A stretch of DNA of 64,000 nt from Alphaproteobacteria bacterium (lineage in GTDB: Bacteria; Pseudomonadota; Alphaproteobacteria; SP197): contig OZ245842.1 of NCBI GenBank assembly GCA_965228895.1, positions 4,576,001-4,640,000 of the forward strand, given 5' to 3'. The notes below the pieces were generated by a model that was not told where the DNA came from, did not search any database, and saw only the letters and a program-made list of their open reading frames with translations. Shown one piece after another: positions 57,558 to 64,000 of this stretch. The number at the start of each line of letters is the position of its first letter. Within the stretch, counting starts at the first letter, position 1. Position numbers and translations under genes: made by a program.

Positions 57558-58123
57558 CTGCCGGCGCAATCCTCGAGAAGCTCGTCCAACGCGTCTTCGT
57601 CTTCCGCCTCGATTACCGCGCGCGCGATCTCGATGCCGAACCCCTTGCGCGCCAGCGACGCCAGGTCGCGTTGACGGCGCTCTTCACGCGCGGCCGGGTC
57701 ACGATAAGGGCCCAAGCGGCGGCGCCGAGCATAAGCGGCAGCGGCAATCCAATCGTCGTTCTCCTGTTCGACCTGCGCCAGCGCGGCGGCGATGGTGTCG
57801 GTATCGACGCCCTTGGCGGCAAGTTTCATGCGGATCGAGCGGGCGGATTCGCCGGAGCGCCTCAACGACATCACACGCATGTCGGCATAAGCTCGGTCAT
57901 CCAGCATGCCCGCGCGTTCAAGCTTCGCGACGGTCTCGTCAATCCACCGTTCGGCTTGTTCTTGATCGATCTCGGTCTCACGTGCCGCGCGCCACACTTT
58001 CCTGCGCAGCACCGCCTTCACGTTCTCCGATGAGCTGCTATAGCGCTCGAGATAGTAGACCGCCGCGTTATGCAGATACTCGGGCGTGATGCGGCGCGGA
58101 CGGCGGCGGCGGCGTTCGGCCAT
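57554..58123 (-). CDS. recX: RecX family regulator
   Basis: AAVYYLERYSSS, LDDRAYA, KLAAKGV, YARRRRLGP, LARKGF. Confidence 0.9.
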   Translation of the reverse strand: MAERRRRRPRRITPEYLHNAAVYYLERYSSSSENVKAVLRRKVWRAARETEIDQEQAERWIDETVAKLERAGMLDDRAYADMRVMSLRRSGESARSIRMKLAAKGVDTDTIAAALAQVEQENDDWIAAAAYARRRRLGPYRDPAAREERRQRDLASLARKGFGIEIARAVIEAEDEDALDELLEDCAGS

Positions 58124-58124
58124 G

Positions 58125-59378
58125 TCAGGTAACGACGGGCAGCTTCGCCGGCGTATGCTGCAGAAATTCGGCGCCGTCTTCGGTGAACACCATCATGTCG
58201 ATGAACATCGACATGCCGGCCAGGTTCGGCAGGTAGAAGTTGGCTTCGTAGTTCGTTGTCATGCCGGGCTCGAACACCTCGTCGCCGGGATCGGTGTGGA
58301 CGTCGTAGTACCACGGCCCGACCCAGTCAGGCGGAAACGACATGCCGAGATCGTAACCGCCGACCCAGCATTGATCATCCCAAATACCGGTCTCGCGGTA
58401 ATACGTCTCGATAGTATCGAGCAGCTCGCGCACCGGGAGGTTGGGCCGGATGACATCGCTAAGCATCGCCTTGACGCCGGTGATCGCGTCGAGATAGCGG
58501 TCGACCTCCGGGTGCGGTTCGCCGATGCAGAACGTGCGCGCCATGTTGGTGTGGTAGCGGTTGTAGACACCGCATAGATCGATGTTGACGACGTCGCCGG
58601 CCATGATCTTGCGCCTTGATGCCAGCGCATGCATGCACGCGCTCTTGGCACCCGACGAGACCGGCATGGTGATCGACGGGTTTTCGCCGCCAGCCTGCGC
58701 CATAGCGCGCACCATCTCGCCATAGACGTCCAGTTCCGTGACGCCGGCGCGGATCGTATCGCGCGCGGCTTGCATGCCGATATCGCCGATACGCGCGGCC
58801 GTGCGGGTATAGGCGATTTCCTGAGGCGACTTGATCTTGCGCACACCGCCGACGATGTCCGTGCCGTCGACGACGGTCGCGCCCTTGCCTTCGAGCAGGG
58901 CCTGTAACATTTCGCTGACGCCGCGATTGGGGCGATAGCTGAACATCTCCAGCCCGACCCGGCCCTTCAGCCAGCCTTCGTCCGCCAGATTGTCGACGAT
59001 GAAGTCCAGCATGGAGTCCATCGGCTGGGCATCGCCGCCGAAGATGCGGAGGTCGCGCGAGATCGCGGTGAAGCCGGCCAGGACCTGCTCGTTCTGCACC
59101 TCGAAATGGATGAAGTCGTCGGCGTCGACGTTCACCGCCACACCGCTGACCGGCATCCACGATGTCGGCCCTTGGGCCTGATACCACTCGGCCCGGAAGC
59201 CGGAGAGATAACAGATGGCTTCCGGCGAGGTCAGGTAGAGCGTGTCGACCGAGGCCGCCGCCATCGCCGCGCGCACGCGCTCCAGCCGGCCGCGATACTC
59301 CTCCAAAGAAAACACCGTTTCCATCTCTGGCCGGATGAAACGAAGCGTCCGTTCCTTGTGGCTCATCGTTTGCGGCAC
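58125..59378 (-). CDS. M24 family creatinase/ectoine-hydrolase-like protein
   Basis: FSLEEYRGRL, YLSGF, RKIKSPQEI, MHA, YHTNMART, GYDLG..FPPDW. Confidence 0.85.
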   Translation of the reverse strand: MPQTMSHKERTLRFIRPEMETVFSLEEYRGRLERVRAAMAAASVDTLYLTSPEAICYLSGFRAEWYQAQGPTSWMPVSGVAVNVDADDFIHFEVQNEQVLAGFTAISRDLRIFGGDAQPMDSMLDFIVDNLADEGWLKGRVGLEMFSYRPNRGVSEMLQALLEGKGATVVDGTDIVGGVRKIKSPQEIAYTRTAARIGDIGMQAARDTIRAGVTELDVYGEMVRAMAQAGGENPSITMPVSSGAKSACMHALASRRKIMAGDVVNIDLCGVYNRYHTNMARTFCIGEPHPEVDRYLDAITGVKAMLSDVIRPNLPVRELLDTIETYYRETGIWDDQCWVGGYDLGMSFPPDWVGPWYYDVHTDPGDEVFEPGMTTNYEANFYLPNLAGMSMFIDMMVFTEDGAEFLQHTPAKLPVVT

Positions 59379-59504
59379 CTGGTCCTCCCGTCGCGTCCCC
59401 GGGTCATCCTAAGGGCCTGAATAGGCAGCAACAAACGCTCGATTCCGGGAACGGATTTCGTCATAGTTCGCCGCTTCCGCCGACCCCGTCTCCGGAGAAA
59501 CCAC

Positions 59505-61499
59505 GTGGCGCTTACCCTCGGCATCGATACCGGTGGCACCTACACGGATGCCGTGTTGTTCGACACGGCCAGCGGCACCGTCATGGCGAAGGCCAAGTCG
59601 CTGACCACCAAGCACGACCTGACGGAAGGCGTGCGTGGCGCGGTCGAGCAGGTGATTGGGACGAGCGGCGCGGACATCGGCCTGGTGTCGATCTCGACCA
59701 CGCTGGCCACCAACGCCATTGTCGAAGGGCAAGGCAGTCCCGCCGCCTTGGTGTTGATCGGCCATCAGCCGCGCGATCTCGAACGCCCGGATATCGCGAG
59801 TGCGCTGGCGCAGGACCCCTCTGTCCTGACCGCCGGCGGTCACGACGCGACCGGCGATGAAACGGCCCCGCTGGACCTCGACACCGTGCGTGAGTTCGCC
59901 CAGGACCAGCAGGGCCGCGTTGCCGCCTTCGCGGTCTCGGCCATGTTCGCCGTACGCAACCCCGCCCACGAGATTGCCGCCCGCGATTTGATCCGCGCGG
60001 AGACCGGGCTGCCGGTGACCTGCGCCCATGAGCTGAGCTCCAACCTGGACGCGCCGCGGCGTGCGCTGACCGCGTTGTTGAACGCGCGCCTAATCCCTTT
60101 GATCCAGGACCTCATCTTGGCGGTACGGGGCCTGATGCAAGGCTACGGCATCGCGGCGCCCCTGATGGTGGTGAAGGGCGACGGCTCGTTGATCGATGCT
60201 GATGTGGCGCTTGTCTCGCCGGTCGAGACCATCATGTCAGGGCCGGCGGCCAGTGTCGTCGGTGCGCGTCAACTGGCCGAGCTCGACAACGCCTTCGTTT
60301 CGGATATCGGCGGCACCACGACCGATGTCGCGCTGGTGACCGAGGGCATGCCGCAATTGAGCCGCGACGGCGCGGAGGTCGGCGACTTCCGCACCATGGT
60401 CGAGGCGGTCTCGGTCCATACCAGCGGTTTGGGCGGCGACAGCGAGTTGAACCTGGACGACCGTGGCCGTTTGGTCGCCGGACCGCGCCGCGCGGTACCG
60501 CTGAGCCTTCTGGCCAGCAGCCACCCGATGGTCCTGCGCGAGCTGGAACGCCAGGTCGAACGCGGTTACGCCAACCAGTGGGACGGTCAATTCGCCCTGC
60601 GCCAACGCGCCCTCGACACGTCGCTCGACACCATGTCGTCATCTCAGAAGCGGCTGTGGGAGCGCCTGGAGAAAGGTCCGGTATCGCTCGCCGCGCTCTA
60701 CCAAGACGAGACGCCAACGCTGGCGCTGCGCCGCCTGACCGGCCGGGGCCTGGTCATCCTGTCGCGCCTGACACCCAGCGACGCGGCTCATCTGCGCGGC
60801 CTGCAGGCGACCTGGGATCCGCGTGGCGCCGAACTGGGCGCGGCCTTGTGGCTGCGTCAGTGGCAGGCCAGCGGCCACCATGCGCCCGACGACATCGAAA
60901 GTTTCTGTGAGGCCATCTTCGAGACGGTCAGGACCCAGTCGGCACGCGCCCTGCTCGCCGCGGCCGTCGCCGAGGAGTACGGGCAGAGCCTGCCCGCCGG
61001 GCGCGCTGCGGATCTGTTTATCGACCGGCCGCTTTCCGGTGAGACCGGGCGCCTGTTCGCCATGAAGCTGGAGCTGCATCATCCGATCGTCGCGATCGGC
61101 GCGCCGGCGGCCGCCTATTACCCGCCGGTCGGTGAGCGCCTGGGGACCCGCGTCGTCGTGCCCGAACACGCGGAAGTCTGCAACGCCGTCGGCGCCGTCG
61201 CCGGCGGCGTGACCCAACGAGTCGACGCGCTGATCACCGCCCCTTCCGAGGGCCTCTACCGGTGCCACCTGCCCGACAACGTTGCCGACTTTCAGGACCT
61301 GGAAAAGGCCGCCGACCACGGCCTAAGGGTCATCACCGAGGCCGCGGCGCAAATGGCCGAGGCCGCCGGCGCCGTTGATGTGACCTTGTCGAGCCAGCGC
61401 GACGACAACGTGGTGCGCGGCGGCGATGGGCTTGAGACCTTCATCGAGAGCCGGTTGCGCGCGACCGCCACCGGCCGCCCAAGATTGAGCAAAACCTGA
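59505..61499 (+). CDS. Hydantoinase/oxoprolinase A-like protein
   Basis: LGIDTGGTYTD, STTLATNA, RNPAHE, SGPAAS, DIGGTTTD, GLGGDS, NAVGA. Confidence 0.9.
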   Translation: MALTLGIDTGGTYTDAVLFDTASGTVMAKAKSLTTKHDLTEGVRGAVEQVIGTSGADIGLVSISTTLATNAIVEGQGSPAALVLIGHQPRDLERPDIASALAQDPSVLTAGGHDATGDETAPLDLDTVREFAQDQQGRVAAFAVSAMFAVRNPAHEIAARDLIRAETGLPVTCAHELSSNLDAPRRALTALLNARLIPLIQDLILAVRGLMQGYGIAAPLMVVKGDGSLIDADVALVSPVETIMSGPAASVVGARQLAELDNAFVSDIGGTTTDVALVTEGMPQLSRDGAEVGDFRTMVEAVSVHTSGLGGDSELNLDDRGRLVAGPRRAVPLSLLASSHPMVLRELERQVERGYANQWDGQFALRQRALDTSLDTMSSSQKRLWERLEKGPVSLAALYQDETPTLALRRLTGRGLVILSRLTPSDAAHLRGLQATWDPRGAELGAALWLRQWQASGHHAPDDIESFCEAIFETVRTQSARALLAAAVAEEYGQSLPAGRAADLFIDRPLSGETGRLFAMKLELHHPIVAIGAPAAAYYPPVGERLGTRVVVPEHAEVCNAVGAVAGGVTQRVDALITAPSEGLYRCHLPDNVADFQDLEKAADHGLRVITEAAAQMAEAAGAVDVTLSSQRDDNVVRGGDGLETFIESRLRATATGRPRLSKT

Positions 61500-61529
61500 G
61501 AAACACTAGGGTTTTGCGGGATTTCCAGC

Positions 61530-61582
61530 TTGACAGGTCCGTGTCTTTCGCCCAGATAAACAGGACTGATTTGGTTCTATAT
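61530..61582 (+). promoter_or_regulatory. suf operon promoter with probable Rrf2 operator
   Basis: TTGACA at 61530; imperfect dyad AGGAC-tgatttg-GTTCT with AT-rich flanks. Confidence 0.5.
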
Positions 61583-61601
61583 AGATTCGGGTACGAAAAC
61601 G

Positions 61602-62060
61602 ATGATCCGCTTGAGCCGCATGGCGGACTACGGGGTGGTGGTGATGACCTACATGGCCCATTGCCGCGACCAGACCATGAGCGCCCATCAGGTGGCCGAA
61701 GGCACCGGTTTGCCGGAACCTGCCGTGGGCAAGCTCCTGAAGATGCTGAGCCGTGGCGATCTTCTGGATTCTCATCGCGGCGCACGGGGCGGCTATGCCC
61801 TGACCAGCGCGCCGGAGGACATCTCCGTCGCCGACATCGTGACCGCCGTCGAGGGTCCGATCGCGCTCACGCTGTGTGTCGACGACCACCCGGGCAACTG
61901 CGATGTCGAGTCCCTGTGCCCCATGCGCGGCGGCTGGAACCAGATCAACACGGCGCTGCGTGAGGCGCTGGATAGCGTGACCTTGGCCACCATGGCCTAT
62001 CCGGTGCCGCCGGTCTTGGCCGGCGCGACGCCAAACAACGCGTCAGTCGGCGCGCGCTGA
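61602..62060 (+). CDS. SUF system Rrf2-family regulator
   Basis: MIRLSRMADYG, SHRGARGGYAL, EGPIALTLC...C...C. Confidence 0.93.
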   Translation: MIRLSRMADYGVVVMTYMAHCRDQTMSAHQVAEGTGLPEPAVGKLLKMLSRGDLLDSHRGARGGYALTSAPEDISVADIVTAVEGPIALTLCVDDHPGNCDVESLCPMRGGWNQINTALREALDSVTLATMAYPVPPVLAGATPNNASVGAR

Positions 62061-62080
62061 ACAGGGTTTGAGGAGAAACC

Positions 62081-63541
<1,461 letters not shown>

Positions 63542-63574
63542 CCCGATGCGGAACAGAGGACAAGACGCAAGAGC

Positions 63575-64000
63575 ATGAACATTCTTTCGATCAAAGACCT
63601 GCACGCCACCGTCGACGGCAAGGCGATCCTGAACGGCATCGACCTGGAGATTAATGCCGGCGAGTTGCACGCGATCATGGGCCCTAACGGCTCCGGCAAG
63701 TCGACGCTGTCTTATGTGCTCTCCGGGCGCAGCGGCTACGAGGTGACCGAGGGCGAGGTGCTCTACAAGGGCGAGGACCTGCTTGCTATGGAGCCGGAGG
63801 AGCGCGCCCAGCAGGGCGTCTTCCTCGCCTTCCAGTATCCCGTCGAGATTCCCGGCGTGCCGACGACCTCGTTCCTGAAGCAGTCGATCAACGCGGTCAG
63901 GAAAGCGCGCGGCGAAGATCCGCTTGATGCCATGGAGTTCCTGAAGCTGGTGCGAGCCAAGCTGAAGGAGCTTGGCGTCGGCGAGGACATGATCAAGCGC
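63575..64000 (+). CDS. sufC: Fe-S cluster assembly ATPase SufC (partial)
   Basis: MNILSIKDLHA...AIMGPNGSGKSTL...FLAFQYPVEIPGV; runs off window end. Confidence 0.96.
   Translation, partial: MNILSIKDLHATVDGKAILNGIDLEINAGELHAIMGPNGSGKSTLSYVLSGRSGYEVTEGEVLYKGEDLLAMEPEERAQQGVFLAFQYPVEIPGVPTTSFLKQSINAVRKARGEDPLDAMEFLKLVRAKLKELGVGEDMIKR

Overview
GC-rich, gene-dense chromosomal window from an alphaproteobacterium, probably Rhodospirillales-like. This is inferred from the mgpS-hslR-fdxA-carD block, aapJQMP, Rrf2-sufB-sufC and an RpoH-type htpG promoter. About 65 CDS are present, rich in organic-nitrogen hydrolases (ureohydrolase, amidohydrolase, amidase, N-carbamoylase, creatinase-like, hydantoinase-like) and transporters. 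I found no transposase, integrase, tRNA, rRNA or CRISPR array. Highlights: (1) a guanidinase (GdmH)-like ureohydrolase with an altered specificity loop and a His-rich insertion, followed by a tiny exported His-rich membrane peptide, a candidate self-contained Ni-loading module; (2) an HTH/coiled-coil gene preceded by a perfect 15-bp inverted repeat; (3) two exactly 140-bp CTAG-bounded twin-hairpin elements with compensatory changes; (4) a structured ~200-nt candidate sRNA with a CRP-type box at class II spacing, sharing a loop motif with a second long hairpin; (5) an NrtS-like gene missed by the ORF track that appears to start at CTG; (6) several probable pseudoenzymes; (7) a frameshifted aapQ; (8) a short histone H1-like gene. 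All product calls come from motif recognition by eye, not database searches.
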